The notes under the pieces are model-generated. The model was given only the letters and a program-made list of their open reading frames with translations. It made no database searches and was not told where the DNA came from. Below, one piece after another: positions 23,794-35,356 of a stretch of DNA of 64,000 bases. The translations under genes and the position numbers were made by a program. Within the stretch, counting starts at the first letter, position 1; each line of letters starts with the position of its first letter. The DNA lies in NCBI GenBank assembly GCA_965644295.1, contig CBFFRP010000395.1, positions 62,001-126,000 on the forward strand, given 5' to 3'. This stretch comes from Paraphysomonas bandaiensis (lineage: Eukaryota; Protista; Chrysophyceae).

Positions 23794-26700
23794 CTACATC
23801 ACAGAAAAAGACCTATCCTGTCTGCTATATCCAAGCTTTGTCGCCGTTTTCTCGCTACCACCAGTTGAAGCTCTACGCAGTCGTGACTTAGATGACGAGA
23901 GAAAAGAATCTATACCACCTCGCGCAGACAAAAACTGACTGTAATTTCCCCTAGGAATTGTCAATATTTCTGAAGAGTCAGGTGTACACGACGAATCAGA
24001 TATATACGTTATAACTTCGTTCGGCATCGAGTCATCCACAGCATTTATATTAATGCTTTGCAACATACCCGATATAAATAGATGTTTTGCATTAGCAAAA
24101 ACCGAGTACGGCACAAAATATACTTCGCCAATAATGGTGGTCTTAATTGATCTAGCAATACCCGCTACAGGTTCAACAGTGACAAAAGGCAGGCCAGTAC
24201 GTGCATTGACGTACATGTAGTACTTGTCGCTTGTGGCTGTAGTGCCTAAATACGACACTCCCTCATTGTCTCTGATAATATTATGATTAAGTTGGTGGCG
24301 TCGCATACTTCCGAAGACAAATATATAGGTCGAAGAACGATTGCTAAGTTCAAATGTCTCATCACCAGTGGATATACCAGGCAATTCAATGTTATCAGTT
24401 CCCTCAGCATCACTCGAACTGCTTTCACTTTCACAGAAACTGTCCCCTGGAACGTGAAATTCTCTGATCGGACTTGAGGGTGATGAAGTATTGCTACTCT
24501 TTGCAAGATGCCTAGAAGAGAGTGGACTTGTCGATGATGCAATAATAGGGCTCGGAGGATTGATATGAGTTGGTACATAATATTCCTCTTCATTTGGATT
24601 TCTATTAATAGTGGGTGAACTATGTCTACGATGTATCACTATATCACTGTTGTCAATATTTGCAGTCGAATGATGAATACGATCTGACTGATTTGAAGAA
24701 GGTATTCCAACGCCACTGGTGTACTTTTGACTATTTTTTTCTAGCCCCTCTAGAATTTTCGCGGTTTGCCTCATTTTCGAAACCAACTGGCGACAGCTCT
24801 CCGGCGAGTCAAGCACAATACTTTCACCTTGTGGGCGGTATAGGACTGCACACTTTGGCTGATCAAAATTAATTGTTACTGTTGTCTCATAATGCTCAAA
24901 CAGAGTCGCGATTTCCTCCAACATGCGTGAGTAGTCTCCATAACTTCTGTCATTCACACAATCGCGGGATTTATCCATCATTCCCACGACATCAAAGAGT
25001 ATATGTGCTGCTTGCACATATAAACCTACAGATTCACTAAATCCGAAGGAATTATGTACTACAGTAGCTAATGTATAAGCTACCACAATCGCCTCTACCC
25101 GGTGATTGGATTGACGGGAAGATGCAGACATATCCATACTGAGAAACCCCTTCAGAGCTTTTTGGTAAAACTTTATTGCAAGTGTGGTATCTCCTGCATA
25201 CTCGTGCAAGTCTCCCAGTTTACTATAAGCACTCCACTTGATAACATTTTTCATGTCAGATGGAGGTAAAGAGCCGGCACTACAATCGAGTGCAGTTTCG
25301 GAGCTACTAGGATGTTCACTAATGATCTTCAAAGCCTTCATAATATACTTCTTTGCTTTCGCACAGTCACCTTTTTTCGTGATTCTGTCGGCCAGTGCAA
25401 CCAACAGAGCCGCGTCGTCCAGTGTACCTTGAACCTTTCGCCGAAGGGTATCTGTGCGCTCCCCAACTTCAACTGAATCTCGACTCTCTAACTTCTTTTT
25501 TTCTTTTACGTCTGCCAAGCGCAATAGGGATATCATTAGTGAGGCATCCGTTTCATCAGAGCACACAGCTCGACGAATTCCAATTGCCTTTTTCAGTACT
25601 TCTTCCGCGCGGGAGTAATTCTCTACTGAGACATATAGGTCTGCCATAAATTCCAACATGTCCGCAGTTGTGTGGTTGAAGTCTCCATAGAGCCGCCGAG
25701 TGATGCGAATGTTCTTGTTCATCATGTGAATTGCATCAGTACGCTTGTCGAGTGCGTGTATGGCCTTGGCAAGTCGGTAATACAAAATTGCGACCCGTGG
25801 GTGGTATGCAGTCGAATGAAACACCTTTCGTCTGTCCATAACCTGCTGTAGTGTGACAACGACATCTTCACCTTTCTTTCCTTTCAATGACTGGATTGAT
25901 GCGAGTAATAACATTGCCTGGTCCAAATAAAAAACAGACTCTGTGTAGTTCTCTGATTGCTTTGAAAACAACTGAATAGACTTCTTGCACATGGACTCCA
26001 TCTCCTTCACCCTTGCCTTCCAGGAATCATCTAGGTCATTATGACCACATCCACCCGCAAACATAGTTGCGGCGATCATATACGAGCTTGTCGCAATATC
26101 CTCCTCGTTTCCAGAAGCCTTCTGAATATCCAGGATACGAGTGCGCGAAGACACTGAATCTTCCGTGAACTCACATGCTTCTGACACCATGGCATGAAGT
26201 GTAAGAGTAGAGCAGAGACTAATGTCAGATTGATCAAACAGTAAAGAATAAATCTCAGACTTCGCCTCGAGTACTCGCTGAGTCCAGGTGTGTACCCACT
26301 GCAGTGGGTCCTGCAATGTCTCATCATCCGACCATATCACCTGATCTGCGTCACGACGAGATAATGCTGAAAACACAACATATAGAATTTTCTCTACGTC
26401 AACAACAGCTGCCAGCTGTATGGGTAAGTCCTTTAAATTATAATCTACTCTTTCAAACTCTTTTTCAAATAAAACAGAATAATTGTTGAGCAGGTCTGAG
26501 AGATTCCAGTTAATACTGCGCAAACAGTACAGAAAAGCATCCCTATGCTGATCGAGACCGAGAGAGACCAAGATCTCTCTGTCGTACATGGCAAAAGCTA
26601 AAAGACTTGTAGCCTCCTCTCTAATATCTTCCCTATGTGTAGCAAGCGTATCCAGAACGTGCATCGACTCCTGTGGTATTAGAAAAGAGTCTTTGGATGA

Positions 26701-27636
26701 GGACACCACAAGAAGAGAGAGGCGTTCAAGCTCGTCAAATACTCCTGACCACTTTTCTTCCATATCTTCGTCCTCTGGAAGAACTGGATCAAAGTGTGTC
26801 ACTACTGACTCCCACAGGAAATGGACTAACTCCATGGGTATAAAAACGTTGAAGGGAAGAGGACTAAGAATCAGGAACATGTGGAGGTTCCTTGGAGACA
26901 AGGATACAACATTCTTGAGAAGAACCATGGGAAGACGACCTCCTGATGTAGTGTTGCAATCAACCCCTAGTAAGAATGCAGACTCAATGAGAGCTTGAAC
27001 TGACAATACGTCATTTCTCTCAGTCATCCCACATATCTCACCGTCGCAAGCTGAGCAATCAAAAATAGAATTTCCGGATGATAACACACTAGATACGTAT
27101 ATTGTATTATCCAGTGCGATGCCACTACGAGTAGTGGCCAAAATAGCCATTCCTAAGGAAGTCAGTGGCTTCAAAAGAGCACAGTTCTCTATACCATCCA
27201 GAACAAGCAAAATATTACATGTAGGTCCCACTATAGACTGTATATCATGTATCCTATTTTCCCAATTCAATCTCATATGTGATTTATTTTTTCCATAATC
27301 AATAAATGAATATTCCATATTATACATTCTACTTAAATCTTTTGCAATAGTCTCTAATAACATATCAAGTGTCCATATAGAGTGATCCCCTTTATTCATA
27401 CATATCCATAATATCCCATCTTTATATTTTTCTTGTATTTGTTGACTATGACATATAAAGGATACTATAGATGTTTTACCAGTAGAAGATATGTCATCTG
27501 ATGTGTTTGATAGTATGATAATGGGTTGAATGTATGTAGATGTAGAAGGGCTGGATAATAGACGATTGAGGATTGTTTGTTCAATATCTGGTCGAGGAAT
27601 GTAATGTGGAGGTGGAGATGGTATAGGAAGATTCAT
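23794..27636 (-). CDS. STAND/NB-ARC (Apaf1-like) NTPase + TPR repeats + C-terminal gamma-glutamylcyclotransferase (GGACT/AIG2)-like domain; apparently intronless
   Basis: PSPPPHYIPRP pre-P-loop, STGKTS Walker A, YKDGILWI, LLVLDG Walker B, ILATTRS; kinesin-light-chain-type TPRs (HPRVAILYYRLA, YSRAEEVLKKAIGIRR); YIFVFGSMRRHQLNH..LPFV..IIGEVYFV. Confidence 0.75.
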   Translation of the reverse strand: MNLPIPSPPPHYIPRPDIEQTILNRLLSSPSTSTYIQPIIILSNTSDDISSTGKTSIVSFICHSQQIQEKYKDGILWICMNKGDHSIWTLDMLLETIAKDLSRMYNMEYSFIDYGKNKSHMRLNWENRIHDIQSIVGPTCNILLVLDGIENCALLKPLTSLGMAILATTRSGIALDNTIYVSSVLSSGNSIFDCSACDGEICGMTERNDVLSVQALIESAFLLGVDCNTTSGGRLPMVLLKNVVSLSPRNLHMFLILSPLPFNVFIPMELVHFLWESVVTHFDPVLPEDEDMEEKWSGVFDELERLSLLVVSSSKDSFLIPQESMHVLDTLATHREDIREEATSLLAFAMYDREILVSLGLDQHRDAFLYCLRSINWNLSDLLNNYSVLFEKEFERVDYNLKDLPIQLAAVVDVEKILYVVFSALSRRDADQVIWSDDETLQDPLQWVHTWTQRVLEAKSEIYSLLFDQSDISLCSTLTLHAMVSEACEFTEDSVSSRTRILDIQKASGNEEDIATSSYMIAATMFAGGCGHNDLDDSWKARVKEMESMCKKSIQLFSKQSENYTESVFYLDQAMLLLASIQSLKGKKGEDVVVTLQQVMDRRKVFHSTAYHPRVAILYYRLAKAIHALDKRTDAIHMMNKNIRITRRLYGDFNHTTADMLEFMADLYVSVENYSRAEEVLKKAIGIRRAVCSDETDASLMISLLRLADVKEKKKLESRDSVEVGERTDTLRRKVQGTLDDAALLVALADRITKKGDCAKAKKYIMKALKIISEHPSSSETALDCSAGSLPPSDMKNVIKWSAYSKLGDLHEYAGDTTLAIKFYQKALKGFLSMDMSASSRQSNHRVEAIVVAYTLATVVHNSFGFSESVGLYVQAAHILFDVVGMMDKSRDCVNDRSYGDYSRMLEEIATLFEHYETTVTINFDQPKCAVLYRPQGESIVLDSPESCRQLVSKMRQTAKILEGLEKNSQKYTSGVGIPSSNQSDRIHHSTANIDNSDIVIHRRHSSPTINRNPNEEEYYVPTHINPPSPIIASSTSPLSSRHLAKSSNTSSPSSPIREFHVPGDSFCESESSSSDAEGTDNIELPGISTGDETFELSNRSSTYIFVFGSMRRHQLNHNIIRDNEGVSYLGTTATSDKYYMYVNARTGLPFVTVEPVAGIARSIKTTIIGEVYFVPYSVFANAKHLFISGMLQSININAVDDSMPNEVITYISDSSCTPDSSEILTIPRGNYSQFLSARGGIDSFLSSSKSRLRRASTGGSEKTATKLGYSRQDRSFSVM

Positions 27637-27786
27637 GATGGGATGTGAATCGCACAATATGGCAGATAATGTAAATAATAGTGTGGTGATGTATATATGG
27701 ATGACCCTCAAGATACAACACAGCACAGCATACTGTACCATACACCCATATACACTATACACTATACACTATACACTGGCGATACA

Positions 27787-28194
27787 CACATACATACATA
27801 CATACATACATACATACATACATACATGCATACATACATACATACATACATACATACATACATACATACATACATACATACATACATACATACATACATA
27901 CATACATACATACATACATACATACATACATACATACATACATACATACATACATACATACATACATACATACATACATACATACATACATACATACATA
28001 CATACATACATACATACATACATACATACATACATACATACATACATACATACATACATACATACATACATACATACATACATACATACATACATACATA
28101 CATACATACATACATACATACATACATACATACATACATACATACATACATACATACATACATACATACATACATACATACATACATACATACA

Positions 28195-28224
<30 letters not shown>
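27787..28224. repeat. (CATA)n microsatellite between divergent genes
   Basis: Direct observation. Confidence 0.98.
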
Positions 28225-28225
<1 letters not shown>

Positions 28226-28415
28226 GCATCTAACGGTAATGTTCTCTGATGTTATGTTGTAGTTTCACTTTACAATCAGATCATCATCATAATCTAACTA
28301 CATACACTGATCTTCTATCTCATTCATCTCTATATTACCATCACATATCATCACAGATATCTATGTATACTACACCATAATCTTCTTATAATTCTATTAA
28401 TCTCGTTTCATTACT

Positions 28416-30008
28416 ATGGAATTTGATGATGTAGCTGATATACAAGATGATGAACCAAATAATTATGCTGATCCTGATGTTGAATTTGAAGAAGAATGTT
28501 GTTTTTGGTTAATGAAATTATTACGTGGAAGAAATTGTGGAAGAAAATTAAAAAGAAGAATATTTAAATATGGTTTAATTAATTTTATTGTGGGATTCTC
28601 GATGGTTACAATAACAACATTTCAAGGTATGAGTATATATATGTAAACTAATAGAAGGATATATGACTGATATAATTAATTTGTATAGATGGAAGTTATG
28701 GTGGATTAAGTTATTTTTCTAGTGCTGAACATGGCTTAACACTTATAAGTTTACAATATTGGTGTAGTATACTTGCCATTATTATCAGTTTTATTCTGTT
28801 TTTTGCTATTAAATACTGGGCAAGTTTAGTCACCAACCGAGATCTTCTTCAAAAGCTCCTGGCATGTTTTATGATGTATGGAACGCTTCAATTCATAATG
28901 ACCCTCTATTGTGTTTGTGTGCTTTTCTTACTCTTCAGAGGGGTTGACTGGGATGTAAGTGCATTACTACTAGTATATTGGTATATATTAGAGCTGATAT
29001 CGTTTCATAGGACGATCCTGTTCCCGAAGAGCTCTTGATAGCTTATGTGTTTTCAGTCATATTTCTGTGTCCGTATGTGGCAACAGTGTTCTATTATGTT
29101 CTCGATGTCTCCTACCTATCGGGTGAGATTGATCTGAGAGCTGATATATCAGAACCCGAAGTCCCAGAGGACACGGTGGATCTCAGTAATGTTATGCTGA
29201 AAGATCTTTGCGGGGCAGTCATTGCCCTCCCTTGCGTGTGTTGCATCCATCTGTCTTCTGTGTGCGACTGTTGGACGACTATTATGAAATTGTTCGAGAG
29301 GGACCCACGATCCTTGGAGGAGGAGGCGGAGAGGCAAGAGATGGAAAAACAACGCAGAGAACGTAGGGGAGCAAATATGCAGCAAGCATTTGCGTCTTTG
29401 ATGTCCCTTGTTAGGTAAACGAAGCACATCGTGTACCTACTTTTGTGCATTAACGTTATTCAATTGCTAGTGTTCCAGGACGACGTAGTCGTACAGTTGT
29501 TCCATCCCAGGAGGAGGAAGATGTGGAGGACGAGGAGAGTGGTCAGGTCCTCTATGGTCTCAGGCAGCCAGTCGAAGATCCCATTCCAGCCCCAAGCCCC
29601 CATTCTCAATCTCCACGTGACGAGTCAAAGGGCGACCTGAACTCAATGGCTGACGGTGGTTCTCGTACGCTGTCTGTCCATCAGTTCAAAGCGCTATGGC
29701 CGGCTCTGAGTGTGGCAGGATCATTCCAATGCAAGCTCCGTTCTGCGCCGAACTTGCAAACACTCACTCAACACCTAAGGAAACAAAACTTTCATATCGT
29801 ATTTGCGGCGAGCCCAACCGACAGAGAGACTGAGGTATCCATTTGCAACATACGTGAGTCACCGGAGGAGGTGTGGTTCATGGCACGGTTCCTGTTCTCG
29901 ACTTCTATGTTTTCAGCTGTAATGAAAGCTCAGGATCAAGATATAGTAGAGAAGCATGTGCGACGATTTGCACTCGCAAGAGTGCTGAAAATCGATACCT
30001 CCGGATAA
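28416..30008 (+). CDS. Multi-pass membrane protein (about 4 TM) with a C-terminal beta-adaptin appendage platform-like domain; 4 exons
   Basis: GT-AG introns near 28627, 28954 and 29415; hydrophobic helices in exons 1-3; C-terminal LSVHQFKALWPAL..LTQHLRKQNFHIVFAA..WFMARFLF..SAVMKAQD resembles B2-adapt-app_C. Confidence 0.6.
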
Positions 30009-31597
30009 CCTGCGTGTTAATATGCACGATCATTTGTATATAGTTTATTGACTGCAATTATATTTTATTAGGTATATAGGCAGTATTATTTGCATATAGA
30101 GATCGACTTCATAGTTGTATTCCTGTTTCGAGGTAATGGAATGTATGTCGTGAAAATACTACTCTCTTCAACTGCTTGCGATCTGCTCATATTATAGAGT
30201 TGTGTTCCATAATTTCAACTTCTTGTGGCTTATTATTTATCGTCATGGGAGTAACGAATATCGTACAAACGTACAAACATTGAATGATTCTGTTGTATGA
30301 TGTGGCACATATTGTGCAATGTGCAATAGCAGTGAATTTAGTATGTGTAAGTTGTAAAGGTTAAATATAGTACAAAGGAAGTAAATTTAGCAACTAATGT
30401 ATGTCTATATCAGAAATTTATGGATATGAGATTGACTGATGAAGATAAGACAAGCAGATATTAATGAGAACAGATGTTACATGAATTTGGTGAAGTGTTT
30501 TGATTGATAATTTTTATTCTTCCTGGAAGCATGTCATATGTTATGTACACCTTAAGGACAGAGAGCGAAAGGTTGCACCTTGGTCCTTGTAGTGACACAC
30601 AAGCAGCTTTCGTAGCGTTAAATTGTAGGATATCATTGCAGTTATTACTTGCTGTTTCAATTTCAATTATTGCAATTCAATAATAGACAATTAATTGATA
30701 AGCAGCCCTGCTATTGATGAGCTAGGGCACATCGGTGGGTCGAATTTAGTACCTATAGGTCGCTCGACCTACCTATAGGTCCATCGCAGGTACCTAATAG
30801 GTACCTACCTAATAGGTACCCACCTATAGGCATGCCTAAGGACCCTACCTATAGGTAGGTACCTAGCTGTCACCACCTATAGGTATACCTAGCTACCCTG
30901 CCTATAGGTGATAAGAGTTAGGTACCTACCTATAGGTACCTCAAGCCCCACCTATAGGTATCGCAGGCTTAGGTACTGTCTATAGGTAGTGCTTCTCGCT
31001 GCCTATAGGTATAAGACGAAAGACCTGTAGGTACCTGAATTCTGAACCTAAAGAGATTTGGCAACGCAGCGGTGAAGAGTATAATGTATCTATTATTATT
31101 AGATTATTTCTATATATGTATATATATACACCATTACTAAACAAGTAGACTGTGCATTCTACAATCAACAATAAGCACGCAATGTTAATAATGTGTCATT
31201 GCCATTATCAGACGAGTTACCAGTGACGTGCTGTAATCAGTACAGGAATTGCTATCACATTCTGAGGAGTCGCTGCTGCCATTCTCATTGTTGGCGTCTG
31301 AATCCAACGCCTGGCTGTGTCGTACTGTAGCATATACTCGTAGTACACTATACCACTGTACTGTGTACTTGTGTACCCCTGTACTGTGTACCTGTGTACC
31401 CCTGTGCTGTGTACTACCGTACGAAGGATATCACCACTATCCAACTTCGAGGAACAAGTACCACTATGCTGAAGTGAAGAGGCGAAGTGAGTGAAGTGTG
31501 AGGAAGTGTCTGCGTTAGTATGATTCGGAGAGTATGTGAATATTTGAATTTCAAACATGTGATGCCATCGTGACTCAATGCCACAATTTACTGTGAG

Positions 31598-32650
31598 ATG
31601 CCCGCGAAAACAAACTGCATCTGCTGCGCCTGCAAGAGCTCAGAAACAGCCCTGTCAACAGCGATCCATCGTGAACGACAACTTCGGCGCCGGACAGTCA
31701 GATGCTTCACCTCGAGAAGCCAGGATGCCTCCATATAACTCTTCGTCCAACTCGACAATTTACAAGAGTTTCAAGCACAAGAAAGTCCAGTCCAGGATAT
31801 TGGGCACGGTTCTCACGGCGAATGAGCTTATCATCGGACGCCAGAGCGCCGAAAAACTGTCCACACTTCCACGCTTATCACAAAGAGATGATGTATGAAC
31901 GCCTCTTAGTTTCAGTGGAAGAGCACTTTGACCTACTGATTCAGTTGATTCTGCTGGTGATTTCAAAGGAGGGGGTTGCAACTCAAGCGTCTCATAACAA
32001 GGTAATCCATGTTGTTTTCTCTGCCACATATCTTGAATTATATATAGCATTACATATTATCATATATTGTATACCCTCATATCATCATATACCATCCTTC
32101 TATTATCATATGTATTAATATATCGCACACCGTTATATTATACATATCATATCATTGTATTAGATACCTCTTGTGCATTTTGAACAACCATATCAAATAT
32201 TATGATATCGTATAACATATATCTTATACCATTCATTATTGTATCATTATGTTATATATATATATGTATATCATATCACACAGCACAGCATATCATATAT
32301 ATCGTGCAGCATCACATTTTACAGTGCCCTGTCATCTGCTACTATTATATATTATTGTGAATAACACACTAGTAGGAATTCTTTCTCGTTTCTAAAGAAG
32401 GTGCATTGCAAGCTAATGAAAAATTGTTAGCAAGTGAGGAAGTATCTGCATTTTCGGCGTGCAAGTATATACTGCTCGTATTATTTACTTTTTTCTAATA
32501 TCATTGCAGGTATGTAATGAAGTATATTCGCAAATTGTCGTGCAATTTGAAACCAAGATTAGATGTTGTCACACCAAGTTGTTTTCGGAACAGTCTTCGT
32601 GGGCGACTGTATCATTTGGACGGGAATTAGCCCAAGCATTGGAAAATGGT
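31598..32650 (+). pseudogene. Frameshifted, 3'-truncated tandem copy of the orphan gene at 32881
   Basis: Aligns with 32881-33975 including introns but has small deletions (near 31600, 31870, 31910) that break the frame; last exon absent. Confidence 0.75.
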
Positions 32651-32880
32651 AAGTATTGTATATACAGTGTTGTATATAAAAACGAGTGCACGATTATAGC
32701 ACACACTTCCTGGACTTCTCTCGAAGTTGACTTCGAAGAAGTGCATCACATAACTACATATATGAAAGAAAGAAGCAAAGAGGCGAAGTGTGAGTATGTG
32801 AATATATTCAGAGAGTATGCGAATATTTGAATTTCAAACATGTGAATTCATGGTGACTTAATGCCACAATTTACTCTGAG

Positions 32881-34433
32881 ATGCCCCTGCGAAAACGAAC
32901 TGCATCTGCTGTGTCTGCGAGGGCACAGAAAAGGCCTTGTCAACAGCAATCCATCGTGGACGACAACTTCGCCGCCGAACAGTCAGATGCTTCACCTCGA
33001 GAAGCCAGGATGCCTCCATGTAACTCTTCGTCCAACTCGACAGTGTACACGACTTTCAGGCATAAGAAAGTCCAGTCCAGGATATTGGCGACGGTTCTCA
33101 CAACGAATGAGCTGTGCATTGGACGCCAGAGCGCCGAAAAACTGTCCACTCTTCCAGGATTCCGTGCTTATCACAAAGAGATGATGTATGAACGTCTCTT
33201 TGTTAAACTGGACACAGGAGATGTGGTTTCAGTGGAAGAGCACTTCGACCTACTGATTCAGCTGATTTTGGTGGTGATTTCAAAGGAGGGGGTTGCAACT
33301 CAAGCTCCTCATAACAAGGTAATCCATGTTGTTTTCTCTGCCACATATCTTGAATCATATAGCATCACATATCATCATATATTGTATACCCTCACATCAT
33401 CAAATACCATCCTACTTTTATCATGTATTAACATATCGTACACCGTTATATTATACATTTCATATCTATCATTGTATTAGATACCTCTTGTGTTTTTTGA
33501 ACAACCATATCAAATATTATGATATCGTATGATATATATCGTATAACATATATTTTATACCATTCATTATTGTATCATTACGTTATATATATATCATATC
33601 ATACAGTACAGCATAATATATATATCGTGCCGCATCGCATTTTACAGTGCCCAGTCATCTGCTACTATTATATTATTATTGTGAATAACACACTAGTAGG
33701 CATTATCTCTCGCTTATAAAGAAGGTGCTTTGCAAGCTGATGAAAAATTGTTAGCAAGTGAGGTGGTGTCTGCATTTTCGGCGTGCAAGTATATACTGCT
33801 CATATTATTTACTTTTTTCTAATATCATTGCAGGTATGTCAAGAAGTATATTCGCAAATTGTCGTGTAATTTGAAGACCAAGATTAGATGTTGTCACGCC
33901 AAGCTGTTCTCCACACAGCCTTTGTGGGCGACTGCATCATTTAGACGGGAATTAGCCGAAGTATTGGAAAATGGTAAGTATTTATTATATTGTGCCAATT
34001 GATGTAATTCTGTTGAAAAGGTATTAGTCCACGAAAGTATCAAGTGGACAACAAGGGGTCATATATGCAGACTGCCATTGAGGCAGTATGCATCATGATT
34101 GGAGCCTACGATTTCGATGAAAATGAAGATCCTGAGGCCTTTATGGACCAGACTAGCATCATGGTTGAGTCAACGGCTCAACAAATGCTTTTAGGTCCTC
34201 CACGAGAAGCATGGACATCTGAAATTTGCTCCAGAGCGACCGACGGTATGAATCCTATTCGGGATTCCCGGCGTGAGCTTGTGATAAGTGACAGTGATTT
34301 GAATTTTTTCAAGAATGAAAGGTTAGTATGGTTCAAACGTTGGGGTATGGTTCAAACGTTGGGGAAGTCGAAGAAGGACGACGACAGTCTGAACAATGAC
34401 GATACTTCCCTGTTAACTTCAGATTGGCGGTGA
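32881..34433 (+). CDS. Orphan 4-exon gene carried inside the TIR element
   Basis: In-frame GT-AG splicing: ..APHNK|ALSLAYKEGALQADEKLLASEVVSAFSACK|YVKKYIRKLSCNLKTKIRCCHAKLF..VLENG|ISPRKYQVDNKGSYMQ..DWR*. Confidence 0.65.
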
Positions 34434-35356
34434 AGGCTTCTGAAGTGCACAATGCTTCTACTTCTTAGCAGGTGATTGGGAGCTAGCTTACGATGTGGTT
34501 CAAATTTGTCGTGGTATGTATTTTGTAGGTTCTAAGTAGTAATTGCCGTTAATTTTTACTTCGAACTATGTTAATGCCGTCTATATTAATTGAATACATA
34601 GTTTGTCTACTCATTCATGATTACAGATCTGCATTGCTTGCTTTTTCTACTTTGCAATATATATATTATACTGTGTTTATTATTGCTAATTATAGTACCT
34701 ATAGGTCGTATTGGTATTATATTTTTAGGTAGTACCTATAGGTAGTATTGATACATGTAGGCAGTACCTATAGGTACATTTTAATATAAATAGGGATACC
34801 TATCAGTAGGAAATCTAGAGGTCATAGGTACCACCTATAGGGAGACGAATAGGTACGTGTATTAGGGGGTACCTATAGGTATACTGGGTAGCTATAGGTG
34901 GTACCTATTCGAAAACCTTTAGGTACCACCTATTGCTCAAAAATGTACCTATAGGTAGACAGAGGTACCTAATAGGTACCTTCGATTTTAATTATAAAAG
35001 TACCTATAGGTATACCTATAGGTACGTACCTATAGGTACTCAGCGAGAGTCCCACCGATGCAAGATGGTTGGCTGCCACAGAGTTATGTCGACTAGAATG
35101 TGAGAAACACTGCACTCTCAATGAAAACGAGAAACTCAGTCCTACGTAGAGAAAATAATAACATCTAGCTGTGTAACGTATGTATAATAAGAAACGGGTA
35201 GACTATTATTTAATTACTACGATGCAGAATTCTCTTGGTGCAATCTCACTTCAGCACTATATTCGCCTAAGGTGTATCAAATACAATGCACAGAGTGCTG
35301 ATGCAATTCCGCAGTATTAAGGCACGACAGAAAGTACATCGGCATACCAGTCCAGT

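Larger units (their letters stand above)
30730..35060. mobile_element. Non-autonomous TIR DNA element (CACTA/hAT-like architecture) with palindromic subterminal repeats
   Basis: CATCGGTGGG(30730)..CCCACCGATG(35060) termini, each flanked by CA; dense ACCTATAGGT/TACCTA motifs in 30749-31035 and 34695-35040; no transposase motifs seen inside. Confidence 0.75.

Noticed and set aside
27637-27762. N-terminal extension of the 1322-aa ORF
   Set aside because: Low-complexity sequence bordering the microsatellite; ATG 27636 directly precedes the NB-ARC start
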